From contig CAZDRU010000043.1 in assembly GCA_964508175.1 (NCBI GenBank), positions 1,843 through 65,842 of the forward strand: 64,000 nt of DNA, written 5' to 3'. Positions 1 through 9,969 of the stretch are shown piece by piece. Position 1 is the stretch's first letter, and every line of letters begins with the position of its first letter. Position numbers and translations under genes: made by a program. Under the pieces are notes generated by a model. It had not been told where the DNA came from and did no database searches. It saw nothing but the letters and a program-made list of their open reading frames with translations. The DNA is from an uncultured Dehalococcoidia bacterium. Its GTDB lineage: Bacteria > Chloroflexota > Dehalococcoidia > Lucifugimonadales > CAZDRU01.

Positions 1-965
1 CCTGAAATAGAATGCATATCATTAGCTCCATGTCTACATATACCTGATGGGTTATTTTCATGATCTGCCAAAATATTTTTCATAACATTAGTATCGATTG
101 TTCCCCATTTTTCATTAATTAAATATTCCATTCTATTCAATCTATATGGAGAATCAGGTAATTCTGTTTGACGTTTTATATATTTTTTACTTAAATAATG
201 GTTGGTATGAATTAGTACTTTTGATTTTTCTTCGATTATAGCATTTTGATTTTTCCCAGGAAGTATTTCAACATCAAGTATATTGTTTTGCTTATCAACA
301 ATTAAAACATTAGCAGCTGAACATATAGGGGTTTTTTGTATAATATTCAAACAATCTGTTGTATTTGTTTGCTCTAGAAAAGCTCTTCTTAGAGGATAGT
401 GAGATATTCCTGATTCCCATTTGAAATCATATAATGAATTAGCGAATTGAGCTATTCCAGCATTATTCATTCCAGCATAACCTAGTTGTCCAGCAAATGT
501 AAATAATATTGATTTTGGTAGGGGTTTTTGGGGATTAATTTTAATAATTACTGCTATGTCAGTATATTCAGAAGATAGATCTTGATTTTGTCCAGCTATA
601 ACGTTTCCATCTACTGTTGCATCTCCTTTTATTGCAAATGCTGTACACCCTCCGTCTATTTTATGAACAGCCTCGGCTCTTAGTTGACATAATGCTGCCT
701 CTTCTATTGTTAAATTTGCTCCTTTTGCGAGACCTTTCATTTCTTCAAAATATGAAGGACTAAATTCTTTAAGTAAAGGAATGAATTTTTTTGCATGGTC
801 AGAGAGAGTTCCAAGTGACATTTGAGTAAGTTTTTCTATCCATATTAAATATTTTTGAATTGTGTTTGAAAGTTGAACTCCATGTTGATATCCCATTTCG
901 AAAGGAGTACCGTTCACTTCTATGATTGGGAAAAATGGTTCTGTAATGTTTAATAATTTTTTCAT
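1..965 (-). CDS. C45 family peptidase / acyl-CoA:6-aminopenicillanate acyltransferase-like Ntn hydrolase (3' end runs off window)
   Basis: Not in ORF track. Manual minus-strand translation from ATG at 965: MKKLLNITEPFFPIIEVNGTPFEMGYQHG...DGGCTAFA...AGQNQD...HTNHY, the C45 signature motifs (G-C-T autoprocessing site). Confidence 0.85.
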   Translation of the reverse strand, partial: MKKLLNITEPFFPIIEVNGTPFEMGYQHGVQLSNTIQKYLIWIEKLTQMSLGTLSDHAKKFIPLLKEFSPSYFEEMKGLAKGANLTIEEAALCQLRAEAVHKIDGGCTAFAIKGDATVDGNVIAGQNQDLSSEYTDIAVIIKINPQKPLPKSILFTFAGQLGYAGMNNAGIAQFANSLYDFKWESGISHYPLRRAFLEQTNTTDCLNIIQKTPICSAANVLIVDKQNNILDVEILPGKNQNAIIEEKSKVLIHTNHYLSKKYIKRQTELPDSPYRLNRMEYLINEKWGTIDTNVMKNILADHENNPSGICRHGANDMHSIS

Positions 966-971
966 GCAAGG

Positions 972-1000
972 AATGTAAGATTTGGGGGATAATTTGTCAA
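972..1000 (-). promoter_or_regulatory. sigma70-type promoter for the C45 gene, probably leaderless
   Basis: Minus strand TTGACA(1000-995)-17 nt-TACATT(977-972), then 6 nt to the ATG at 965. Confidence 0.6.
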
Positions 1001-1060
1001 GATTTTTTTTCTTTGTAGTAAAATATTATTAATATTAATTTTTATAGTTAGGAGTAAATA

Positions 1061-1507
1061 ATGATTACTGGATTTAACCATTCGGGATTTGTTGTTAAAG
1101 ACATTGAAAAACAGGTTGCATTTTATAAAGACGTTTTAGGTCTTAATGTTATACGAGAAACTAATCCAGGACCTGAAGATAGTCAACATACAGGCATTCC
1201 CAATGCACATAGAGCTTTAGTTTTTATGGGAAAAGAAGAAGATGGGCATTTGATCGAATTGGTTCAATTTATTGAACCTGAATTGACTGAAGATGGACAT
1301 GTTCCAAATACTCATATTGGAGCAGCGCATATTTGCTTTGATGTGAAAAATTTAAAACAAATGTACGAAAATATGACCGAAAAAGGAATGGAATTTTTAA
1401 CAGAGCCTATTATAAAAAAAGATTCTCAAGGAATAACTACTTCAATTTGTTATGGACATGACCCAGAAGGTAATTGGCTCGAATTTAAGGGAATTGAAGA
1501 AGATTAA
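1061..1507 (+). CDS. VOC/glyoxalase family protein
   Basis: HSGF...FYKDVLG, IELVQF, HICF, DPEGNWLE metal-binding motifs; AGGAG SD. Confidence 0.85.
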   Translation: MITGFNHSGFVVKDIEKQVAFYKDVLGLNVIRETNPGPEDSQHTGIPNAHRALVFMGKEEDGHLIELVQFIEPELTEDGHVPNTHIGAAHICFDVKNLKQMYENMTEKGMEFLTEPIIKKDSQGITTSICYGHDPEGNWLEFKGIEED

Positions 1508-1527
1508 TTTATAGGAGGCATATATTT

Positions 1528-2481
1528 ATGGTTATGCGAATTCCAGAAGAAAAAGAGGTATTAAGTTATTTTGATTCTTTAAGTAATTGGGGTCGATGGG
1601 GAGATGATGATCAAAAAGGCACATTGAATCTTATTGATAAGAATAAGACATTAGAAAGTATAAAAATTCCGACGAGAGGAAAAACTGTTTCTTGTTCTAG
1701 AACTATTGTTGGAGGAGAAGTTGCCCCGGACATTCCAAATCCTCCAGTCCATTTTATGTTAGAAAGTGGTGAAGGTTGGGAAAGTGGTAAGAAAATAACA
1801 AGTAGAAAAACACAAGGAGCAATTGATTATATAGGAATGATATTTCATGGATATTCAGTTACTCATATAGATAGTCCGGCACATTTTTTTTGGGAAGGAA
1901 AAATGTTTAATGGCATACCTTCTCATTATGTTTCGACTAACTTAGGAGCTACAGCAGGTTCTGTTGAGTTAGTACGTGAAGGGTTGATTACTAGAGGTGT
2001 ATTAATAGATGTGCCTATGCTTAGAAATATTGATTGGTTAGAACGTGGGACTGGTGTAATGCCTGAAGATATTTTAGAAGCTGAAAAACAATGTGGTTTT
2101 ACGATTGAACCAGGTGATGTTTTACTAGTTAGAACTGGTCAATATCATCGAAGAAAAATAGAAGGACCAGCAAATCCTTTAGAAGCCGGTAGTACAGCTT
2201 GTCATGCTGCTTCCTTACCGTTATTTCGAGAAAAAGATATAGCTATGCTTGGTTCTGATACTGGAAATGATATACAACCTCCTCCATATCCTTCTTTACC
2301 ACAACCAATTCATCAAATTGGTATTGTTGGGATGGGATTATGGATATTAGATAATGCAAATCTTGAAGAATTAGCTCGTACATGTCGAGAATATAATCAG
2401 TGGCATTTTATGTTTGTTTTGTCTCCTTTAATGATTAAAGGAGGAACTGGTTCTCCTGCAAATCCTCTTGCTTTATTTTAA
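1528..2481 (+). CDS. cyclase family metal-dependent hydrolase (kynurenine formamidase-like)
   Basis: NWGRWG..DQKGTLN, HG..THIDSPAH, GDVLLVRTG, GGTGSPANPLA motifs. Confidence 0.9.
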   Translation: MVMRIPEEKEVLSYFDSLSNWGRWGDDDQKGTLNLIDKNKTLESIKIPTRGKTVSCSRTIVGGEVAPDIPNPPVHFMLESGEGWESGKKITSRKTQGAIDYIGMIFHGYSVTHIDSPAHFFWEGKMFNGIPSHYVSTNLGATAGSVELVREGLITRGVLIDVPMLRNIDWLERGTGVMPEDILEAEKQCGFTIEPGDVLLVRTGQYHRRKIEGPANPLEAGSTACHAASLPLFREKDIAMLGSDTGNDIQPPPYPSLPQPIHQIGIVGMGLWILDNANLEELARTCREYNQWHFMFVLSPLMIKGGTGSPANPLALF

Positions 2482-2486
2482 ATGTT

Positions 2487-3221
2487 ATGAGGAAATTGGG
2501 AAAGAAGCCTCCAGTTTTTTTAAAAGCTAACTGGCATGATATTGCTATGTTAACTTATGAAGTTCCTGAATCGATTCTTCGGAAATATTTGCCGAATGGA
2601 TTGGAACTTGATTCTTGGAATGGGAAATATTTTGTTACTCTAGTTGCATTTGTTTTTCGTAAGACGTCAATTATACAAATACCTGCATTTTTCCATAGAA
2701 ATTTTGAAGAAATTAATCTTAGATTTTATGTTCGGAAATTAGTTGATAATAAAATGCGTAGAGGAGTTGTTTTTATAAAAGAGATTGTTCGAAAACCAAT
2801 GGTTACATTTATTGCGAAACATTTTTATAAGGAAAATTATATTACTTTACCGACATTTCATAATATTTTAATAAGTGATCAACAGCGTAAAGTTACTTAT
2901 GGTTGGACTACTGGTAATTCTGATAATGTTATTGAAATTACTGTTTTTGGCAATCCTTCTATTCCTAAATCTGAAACATTATCGAGTTTTGTAATAGAAC
3001 ATTATTGGGGATATTCTAAACAGAAAAATAAAACTATAGAGTACGAAGTTGAACATATTCCTTGGCGAATATGGGAAGATACAAATTACAGATTTAAATG
3101 TGATGTTAGTGAGATATATGGTAAGGAATTTCAACCTTATATTACTGAAAAACCTTCATCAGTGATTGTTGTTGAAGGTTCTTCAGTAAATGTTCGTTTT
3201 GGCAAAGAATTAAAGAATTAA
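2487..3221 (+). CDS. DUF2071/YqjF family protein
   Basis: W.D.AML.YEV, LP.GLELD, FEEINLRFYV, EHYWGY, YEVEHIPW motifs. Confidence 0.8.
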   Translation: MRKLGKKPPVFLKANWHDIAMLTYEVPESILRKYLPNGLELDSWNGKYFVTLVAFVFRKTSIIQIPAFFHRNFEEINLRFYVRKLVDNKMRRGVVFIKEIVRKPMVTFIAKHFYKENYITLPTFHNILISDQQRKVTYGWTTGNSDNVIEITVFGNPSIPKSETLSSFVIEHYWGYSKQKNKTIEYEVEHIPWRIWEDTNYRFKCDVSEIYGKEFQPYITEKPSSVIVVEGSSVNVRFGKELKN

Positions 3222-3226
3222 ACTTA

Positions 3227-3934
3227 CTATTCCTTTTCTTCTATAGTGATTTTCGATATTAAAGCACCAGGAGTGGTTGCTTTACCAGGATCTCGAACAG
3301 GTATATTTAAAACTGCATCGAGTCCATCTATTACTTTCCCAAAAACAGTATGACATGATTCTACTAAACAGTTTTTAGCTGTTCCGTCTTCATTGTATCC
3401 ATCAAGCCAAGGAGTTGCTCTAAAAGTTATGAAAAATTGGCTTCCATTTGTTCCAGAACCATCTTTATTTAGTCCTCTATTGGCCATTGATAAAATACCA
3501 GCTGATTCATGTCGTTTATTGGGAGTAAGTTCATTATCAAAAGTATAACCTGGATATTTACCGCCTCCTCCATCACCTCTGCCCGTTGGGTCTCCTGTTT
3601 GTGCCATGAAATTTTCTATGACTCTATGAAATGTTAGACTATCGTAATATCCTTTTGTAGCAAGAAAGATAAAACTATTTACGGTGATTGGAGCATCATT
3701 GTGAAATAATTCGATGGAGATTGTATCTCCTTTATCCATTTTTATTGTTGCTATATAACGTTTTTCTGGTTGCAAATTGCATTTTTCAGGATTCTTATAT
3801 TGTTTATTTGATTCTATTGCTCCGGGACATAGTGCTCCGTTTTCATCATTATTCGATGTTGAACATGCAATGAGCGAAACTAATATTGTTAATAATAGTA
3901 TTGGAAGAAGTTTTTTCATTATATTGATATACAT
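3227..3934 (-). CDS. cyclophilin-type peptidyl-prolyl cis-trans isomerase, predicted lipoprotein
   Basis: FHRVIENFMAQTGDP, LSMANRG, TNGSQFFIT, HTVFGKV; hydrophobic signal ending LIAC; GAGGTG SD. Confidence 0.9.
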   Translation of the reverse strand: MYINIMKKLLPILLLTILVSLIACSTSNNDENGALCPGAIESNKQYKNPEKCNLQPEKRYIATIKMDKGDTISIELFHNDAPITVNSFIFLATKGYYDSLTFHRVIENFMAQTGDPTGRGDGGGGKYPGYTFDNELTPNKRHESAGILSMANRGLNKDGSGTNGSQFFITFRATPWLDGYNEDGTAKNCLVESCHTVFGKVIDGLDAVLNIPVRDPGKATTPGALISKITIEEKE

Positions 3935-3951
3935 TGTAACACCTCTATATT

Positions 3952-4980
3952 TTAAATTTTTATCAATTTTTGCATTGAACGAAGTTCTTTAGGAGGCTCC
4001 ATTTTGCTTCCATAATCGCTCCATGATACTTCAGCTACATAAATATTACCTTTTGAATCAACTGCAATCCCATGAGGAGAAAAGAATCTGCCTTTTTGTT
4101 CTCCATAACTTTGTCTGCCTAAACGAGCAAGTACTTTCCCTTGTAAGTTCAAAATTGAAACCCTAGGTCCGAGATCCGTGCCTTGATCATTACTGCCAAT
4201 GCCACAGAAGTATTCTCCGACATATATGAGATCTTCGCTTTGATTTTTACTTAAGCATATTGCAGCAGCTCGGGATAAATTCCCCCATTGTGTTTCATAT
4301 TTGCCATTACTATCAAAAACTTGTATGCGATGATTTTCTCTGTCTGCTATATACACCCATCCTTCTGAATCTACACAAATATTATGAACGATATTAAATT
4401 GACCAGGATTTGTTCCAGATTCTCCCCAAGTAAATTGTAGTTTTCCTTCTGGTGTATATTTGTGTACTACTGCATTTGAATAGCCATCTGCAACATAAAA
4501 TTCCCCAGTTCGTTGATCAATAGCAACATGAGTAGGTTTTGCAAAAGGTATTCCACTCATTTGAGGAGATTCCTTTCCCGCTGTTCCGATAGTCATAAGA
4601 AGTTTCCCATCAGCAGTAAATTTTCGAACGGTATGATCTCCATTATCTACACAAAATACTTCATCATTTGGTCCGATTGTTACTCCGTGTGGATTTTTGA
4701 ATATGCCATTTCCCCAGGTATTTACAATATCCCCTTCAGCGTTAAAGATAATCATTGGAGTAGTTCCTCTATTAAATACATAAACTAAATCTTTGGAATT
4801 GTCATCTACAGCAGTTGCTTCTTTATAAACCCATCCTTTTGGTAGATTTCCCCAGTTTTCACCACTAGTTTCATATTTAAATTTGCCTTCTCCTAATATA
4901 ATGTTATCGTTTGAATCTTCTTTAGATGTATGTCCATCTTCTTTAATTCCAAATTCCCAGTCATGTTCTTTATTGGTCAT
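3952..4980 (-). CDS. NHL-repeat protein, peptidyl-alpha-hydroxyglycine alpha-amidating lyase (PAL)-like
   Basis: VYVFNRG, PHG, YVADGYSN, GQFNIVHNI, ADRENHRIQVF, PHGIAVDSKGNIYVAEV beta-propeller repeats. Confidence 0.85.
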   Translation of the reverse strand: MTNKEHDWEFGIKEDGHTSKEDSNDNIILGEGKFKYETSGENWGNLPKGWVYKEATAVDDNSKDLVYVFNRGTTPMIIFNAEGDIVNTWGNGIFKNPHGVTIGPNDEVFCVDNGDHTVRKFTADGKLLMTIGTAGKESPQMSGIPFAKPTHVAIDQRTGEFYVADGYSNAVVHKYTPEGKLQFTWGESGTNPGQFNIVHNICVDSEGWVYIADRENHRIQVFDSNGKYETQWGNLSRAAAICLSKNQSEDLIYVGEYFCGIGSNDQGTDLGPRVSILNLQGKVLARLGRQSYGEQKGRFFSPHGIAVDSKGNIYVAEVSWSDYGSKMEPPKELRSMQKLIKI

Positions 4981-4994
4981 TTTTTTCTCATTTT

Positions 4995-7130
4995 TTATAA
5001 ATCAAATATTATAGCTTCATGAATATCCAAAACAGGAAGATTAACATATGGTTTTCCGTTTTGATTATTTTTTATTGTAAGTTCTTTTTGATTTGAAAAA
5101 CTTGTTGCTTTAGTCGAGTTGAATTGATTCAAAGTAATTTTTATATTGTGTATTGGAGTAATTTCATCTACTACTAACTTTTGATTATAATTTACAGCTC
5201 GATTTGTAGCATGAGGTAGATTTACTAAGTGCACTATGAGTTTATTATTTTTTATTTTAGCTGTTGTAATGGTTGTAGTAGGAGCATCAATTACAATAGG
5301 AGGGGTTACAGAAGAAGTGATAATATTTGAAAAAATAGTTCGGGTATTTTTTTCAGGCCAATCAAAATAGGCAAGACCAATATCAGTTGCAAAATAAATT
5401 ACTTTTCCTTTGCCATGGTTGCGTTCTATAATTCTTGGTTCTTCTTTTCCAATAGGTTGTTTTGCAAATCCTCCTTCATGATGAAAAGTAGTCTCAGTTG
5501 GTTTAACTGCTATTATTTTCACGTCTTTATTTACTATATTAAATTTAGTAAATGAACCATAAAAAATGGCATTTTTTTGACCATCATTTAAGTCTGGATT
5601 TTTGAGTTCAAGGCTTCGAATTGCTAAGTCCATGAGATTTTTTGGCAAGTAAGGATCTCCTTGCATTGGTTTTTCGATAATGGATTCAACATATTTAATA
5701 CCAAACAGGTCAGCAAGAGAAAAGTCATCTAAACGTTCTCCCCATTCGTCATATAGAGATGTTTCATATGTTGCAATTAAAGTGCCTCCATTATGAACCC
5801 AATTTTTTAATGCAGTGATTCCTGCAGATGAGATACAAGTTGTATTACCAAGGATTAAAATTTTATAGTTGTTTAAATCAGCAGTATCAATATCTTTATC
5901 AAAAACTATGTTATTGATAAGGTGATGTTGTGAGAGTATTGAATCAATTCCGAAGAGATTATGACGGTATTTATCAGTGGCATTTTTGGCATCAGTACGA
6001 TTTCCATAACGATCTTTTGTTCTATCGGAAATAACAAGTCCGATATATTCTACATCTTCTCCTCCGAAAACAGGGAGTCTTTTTTGAGTTTGATAATTCA
6101 CATCTTTCATAATGTAGATGTGATCATCTGGACCTCCTCCCCATGGATAAATTCCATGGGCTACAGCAAGCATAGAATGAAGCATCATGTTTGTTTGACT
6201 AATAGGGATATGGTGTGCAAATACTTCTTCTCTGGCTGAATAGAAAGGTTGCCAAATATCAGAATGTTTGCGATTTTGTGCATGGGATGTTTTGGATTGC
6301 ATAGGATTTTGTTGTATCCCATTGGTTGTTCCTCCTCCTGAATGTTGGGATGCTCCAAAAGGAACTTGTTGTAAGGGGGTTCCTCTGTGGTAAGAGATTC
6401 CAGGTTTAGGAAAACTATGGGTATTAAAATGAACTACTGCATTTGGAACATGATCAGTAATTCGTTTATTTAGGTATTGTGCTGCTTCAATCATTTGAGT
6501 TCCACGCCACTCTATCCATTTTAAAAATATTTTATCGTTCCAATTGATTTTTTGAGGTAGATCTTCCTTATAATCTTTTTTAAAATGTTGAGCACATGCA
6601 TCACAAACACATGAGATCGCCATTCCAGGCATGCCAGCTGCCCAATATCCATCGAACCACATTCCATCAAATCCTAAGTCCATAATTTCATTATTAAAAT
6701 TAGCTAAATGTTCACGATAAGGAGTAGAAAACATACACATTCCGACAGAATTTGCCTCTTCAGAGGTTTTATGGCCTATTTCATCAATATATTTTTGTTG
6801 CCATTGAGGATACATTTTCATAGGAACATAATTTTCTTTATCATAACGAACGTCTTGAATATTAAAACAACCCCAGCTTAGTATCATGATGTCATTTTTA
6901 TGACATAAAGATATTAATTCAGGGATGTATTTAGGATTCATTTTAGGAGCAGGAGGACGAATTTTTGAATCAAATAAAGCCCAACCGTATCCGATAGTTG
7001 CACTTGAAATAATCATATTATAATTATTGTCTTTAAGTAATTTAACTACACGTTCAGGATCGTCATCAATTGGTCGAAATTCTAATCTACATAAGCGAGA
7101 ATCGTAATTGAGCGTTAAATTATTTTCCAT
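4995..7130 (-). CDS. putative glycoside hydrolase (GHL6/GH42-like TIM barrel plus beta-galactosidase trimerization-like domain)
   Basis: DGMWFDG, CxCxxC (CVCDAC), V.NGGTLIATYETSLYDEWG...LADLFG, GKGKVIYF motifs; substrate unknown. Confidence 0.65.
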   Translation of the reverse strand: MENNLTLNYDSRLCRLEFRPIDDDPERVVKLLKDNNYNMIISSATIGYGWALFDSKIRPPAPKMNPKYIPELISLCHKNDIMILSWGCFNIQDVRYDKENYVPMKMYPQWQQKYIDEIGHKTSEEANSVGMCMFSTPYREHLANFNNEIMDLGFDGMWFDGYWAAGMPGMAISCVCDACAQHFKKDYKEDLPQKINWNDKIFLKWIEWRGTQMIEAAQYLNKRITDHVPNAVVHFNTHSFPKPGISYHRGTPLQQVPFGASQHSGGGTTNGIQQNPMQSKTSHAQNRKHSDIWQPFYSAREEVFAHHIPISQTNMMLHSMLAVAHGIYPWGGGPDDHIYIMKDVNYQTQKRLPVFGGEDVEYIGLVISDRTKDRYGNRTDAKNATDKYRHNLFGIDSILSQHHLINNIVFDKDIDTADLNNYKILILGNTTCISSAGITALKNWVHNGGTLIATYETSLYDEWGERLDDFSLADLFGIKYVESIIEKPMQGDPYLPKNLMDLAIRSLELKNPDLNDGQKNAIFYGSFTKFNIVNKDVKIIAVKPTETTFHHEGGFAKQPIGKEEPRIIERNHGKGKVIYFATDIGLAYFDWPEKNTRTIFSNIITSSVTPPIVIDAPTTTITTAKIKNNKLIVHLVNLPHATNRAVNYNQKLVVDEITPIHNIKITLNQFNSTKATSFSNQKELTIKNNQNGKPYVNLPVLDIHEAIIFDL

Positions 7131-7218
7131 TTAATATTTCCTTATAAAATGATGTTTTTTATTCATAATAATGATACCATTTTTTTTTACTTTATTATGG
7201 GTCAGAAGGAGAATTAAT

Positions 7219-7968
7219 ATGATTAAAAAAAATGTTTTAATTACAGGTGCTGGTAGTGGGATAGGACAGGCTACTGCAAAACTTTTTGCTGAAAATGGAT
7301 TTACTGTCATTTTAGTTGGACGTAATGTAGATAAATTAAAACATACAGAAACGTTGGTGAAAGATAATGGAGGTAAAGGGTTTATTTTCCCATGTGATCT
7401 TACTGATCTTGAAGCTACAAAGTCTTTGGTTGAATTTACTTTGGACAAGGTTGGGAAAATTGATATATTAATTAATAATGCTGGTGCTAGCAGTCAAAAT
7501 CGAACTACATTAAAAACAACTGAATTTGAAGCTAGAAATATGGTTGATCTTAATTTATTAGCTCCATTTTTTTTATGCCAATATATAGTTCCAACAATGC
7601 TTAAGCAAAATCAAGGAACAATAATAAATATCGCTTCTTTGTCTGGTATATCTATAGGTTTGATAGGAGGACCTATGTATTCTGCGGTTAAAGCAGGACT
7701 AATACATTTTTCTAAATATCTTAATGCGGAATTTGTTAATACAGGTTTGAGAGTTTCGTGTATTATTCCTGGAGAAGTTGATACTGATGCAATTAATAAA
7801 AGACCCATAAAACCTAGTAAAGATTCACTAGCTACTATGTTACAACCGGAAGATTTGGCGAAAACTATTTTTACTATTGCTACATCTGAAGATCGAATTT
7901 TATTTGAAGAAGTAGTTATCACCCCAAGATTCCGACGTGATATGTCGAATGAAATTGTTTCTTCTTAA
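7219..7968 (+). CDS. SDR family oxidoreductase
   Basis: TGAGSGIG, NNAG, YSAVK; start moved from 7171 to ATG 7219 (AGGAG SD). Confidence 0.9.
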   Translation: MIKKNVLITGAGSGIGQATAKLFAENGFTVILVGRNVDKLKHTETLVKDNGGKGFIFPCDLTDLEATKSLVEFTLDKVGKIDILINNAGASSQNRTTLKTTEFEARNMVDLNLLAPFFLCQYIVPTMLKQNQGTIINIASLSGISIGLIGGPMYSAVKAGLIHFSKYLNAEFVNTGLRVSCIIPGEVDTDAINKRPIKPSKDSLATMLQPEDLAKTIFTIATSEDRILFEEVVITPRFRRDMSNEIVSS

Positions 7969-8041
7969 AAGTTTTTAATTGATAGAAATATATTTTTAAT
8001 TTAGACTAATATTTATTATAAATAATCTAGGAGAATTACAA

Positions 8042-9202
8042 ATGGTTTTACCTAAGAGAATGAAATTTGGAACGTTTCTTGCCCCATTTCATAAATTAGG
8101 AGAAAATCCAACTTTGGGATTAGAACGAGATTTAGAATTGGTGCAATGGTTGGATTATCTTGGTTTTGATGAAGCTTTTATTGGAGAACATCATAGTGCT
8201 GGGTGGGAAACAATTTCATCTCCTGAATTATTTATTGCGTCTGTTGCCGAACGAACTCGACATATAAAATTAGGAACAGGAGTTATGAGTCTTCCTTATC
8301 ATAATCCTTTAATGGCTGTTAATAGGATGATCCAACTTGATCATATTACTAGAGGACGAGTAATGTTAGGAGTGGGGCCAGGTGCTTTGGCATCTGATGC
8401 ATATATGCTTGGCATTGATCCTCGTCTTCAGCGAAAAAGAATGGAAGAGTCTTTAGATGTCATAATGAAACTTTTATTAAGTAAAGACCCTGTAACTGTT
8501 GAGACAGATTGGTTTAAATTGCAAGAAGCTCGAACCCATCTTTCACCTTATACACAACCTCATTTTCCAATCGTTGTTGCAAATTCACAATCTCCTTCAG
8601 GTATAGCTTTAGCAGGAAAACATGGATTAGGAACTTTATCGTTAAGTGAAATAAATCGTGGAAGTCATGCGAAATCATTATCTAGTTTTTGGACAATTGC
8701 AGAAGAACAAGCTGCAAAACATAATAAAACTGTATCTAGAAATGATTGGAGAATAGTTATTGTTGCTCATTTAGCAGATTCTAAGAAAGAAGCTATTAAA
8801 CAGGCTAGAGAAGGATCAAAATTGTGGCAATACGATTATTTTGAACAAACCATGGGATTTGACCGATCCCATGACTGTAGCCCGGAAGAATATATTGACA
8901 AAATGGTAGATACTGGAGTTTGGGTTATTGGTACGCCTGATGATTTAGTAAAGAAAATTAATGAATTGGATCAAGAATCTGGTGGTTTTGGTGGTTTATT
9001 GGTTATTTCTACAGAATTTGGAAATCGACAACAGGTTATGTATAGTTATGAGCTTTTAGCAAGGTATGTTATGCCGCAATTTCAAGGGTCATTGACCAGT
9101 TTGGAAAATTCTGCTAAATGGACGGCAGAAAAAGCTCCTATGTTGTGGGATTTAAGAAAACAATCATTAAAAATAGCTTCAGAAGATTACAAGAAAAAGT
9201 AA
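8042..9202 (+). CDS. LLM-class flavin-dependent monooxygenase (limonene 1,2-monooxygenase-like)
   Basis: FG.FLAPFH, GEHHSAGWETI, LGTGV.SLPYH, GRVMLGVGPGAL, SYELLARYVMPQFQ. Confidence 0.9.
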   Translation: MVLPKRMKFGTFLAPFHKLGENPTLGLERDLELVQWLDYLGFDEAFIGEHHSAGWETISSPELFIASVAERTRHIKLGTGVMSLPYHNPLMAVNRMIQLDHITRGRVMLGVGPGALASDAYMLGIDPRLQRKRMEESLDVIMKLLLSKDPVTVETDWFKLQEARTHLSPYTQPHFPIVVANSQSPSGIALAGKHGLGTLSLSEINRGSHAKSLSSFWTIAEEQAAKHNKTVSRNDWRIVIVAHLADSKKEAIKQAREGSKLWQYDYFEQTMGFDRSHDCSPEEYIDKMVDTGVWVIGTPDDLVKKINELDQESGGFGGLLVISTEFGNRQQVMYSYELLARYVMPQFQGSLTSLENSAKWTAEKAPMLWDLRKQSLKIASEDYKKK

Positions 9203-9250
9203 TTTCATCTAAGAAAAAAATTACAGAAATCGTATAAATTAGGATAAATA

Positions 9251-9955
9251 ATGACCCTGTCTGAAAAGCATAAGTATGTAAAAACTCTTTTTTCTAGAAT
9301 ATCTCATAGATATGATTTCATGAATTCTATGATGACTCTTGGTTTACATAATAAATGGAGGCGAATTGCTGCTGTTTTAGCTTCTGATTCTCCTATTGGC
9401 AAAGCTCTTGATGTTGCTACTGGAACTGGAGATATGGCATTTGAGCTTGCAGCTTTTGAGAATTTTAATGAGATTGTTGGAGTTGATTTTGTTCCAGAAA
9501 TGATTCAACTTGCTAAACAAAAGAACACTAAATTGAAAATTGGTAAAAAAATGAAATTTTTAGAAGCTGATGCAGAAGCTTTACCGTTTAATGATAATGA
9601 ATTTATTTGCGTGACTTCTAGTTTTAATTTAAGAAATGTTTCAGATTTAAAAGTAGCTTTAAGTGAAATGATTCGAGTTTTAAAACCTGGAGGAAAATTT
9701 ATCACATTAGATATTCTTCTTTTACATAATATTTTTTTACGAACATTTTTCCGTTTATATTTTAATTTCATTGTTCCTATACTTGGTGCATTATTTGCAC
9801 GAGATAGAGCTGCTTATACATATTTGCCTAGTTCTGTTGATGCTTTTTTAACCCCTGATGAATTATCTAAAATTCTTAAGGAATTAGGATTACGGAATGT
9901 GGGTTATAAAGCGCTAGGATTAGGGACTCCTGTGATTCATTTTGGAGAGAAATAG
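9251..9955 (+). CDS. menG: demethylmenaquinone methyltransferase MenG/UbiE
   Basis: YDFMN..M.LGLH..W, LDVATGTGD, LRNV, RVLKPGG, AYTYLP.S; converges on the men operon. Confidence 0.9.
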   Translation: MTLSEKHKYVKTLFSRISHRYDFMNSMMTLGLHNKWRRIAAVLASDSPIGKALDVATGTGDMAFELAAFENFNEIVGVDFVPEMIQLAKQKNTKLKIGKKMKFLEADAEALPFNDNEFICVTSSFNLRNVSDLKVALSEMIRVLKPGGKFITLDILLLHNIFLRTFFRLYFNFIVPILGALFARDRAAYTYLPSSVDAFLTPDELSKILKELGLRNVGYKALGLGTPVIHFGEK

Positions 9956-9969
9956 TTTACAGTATTGGT

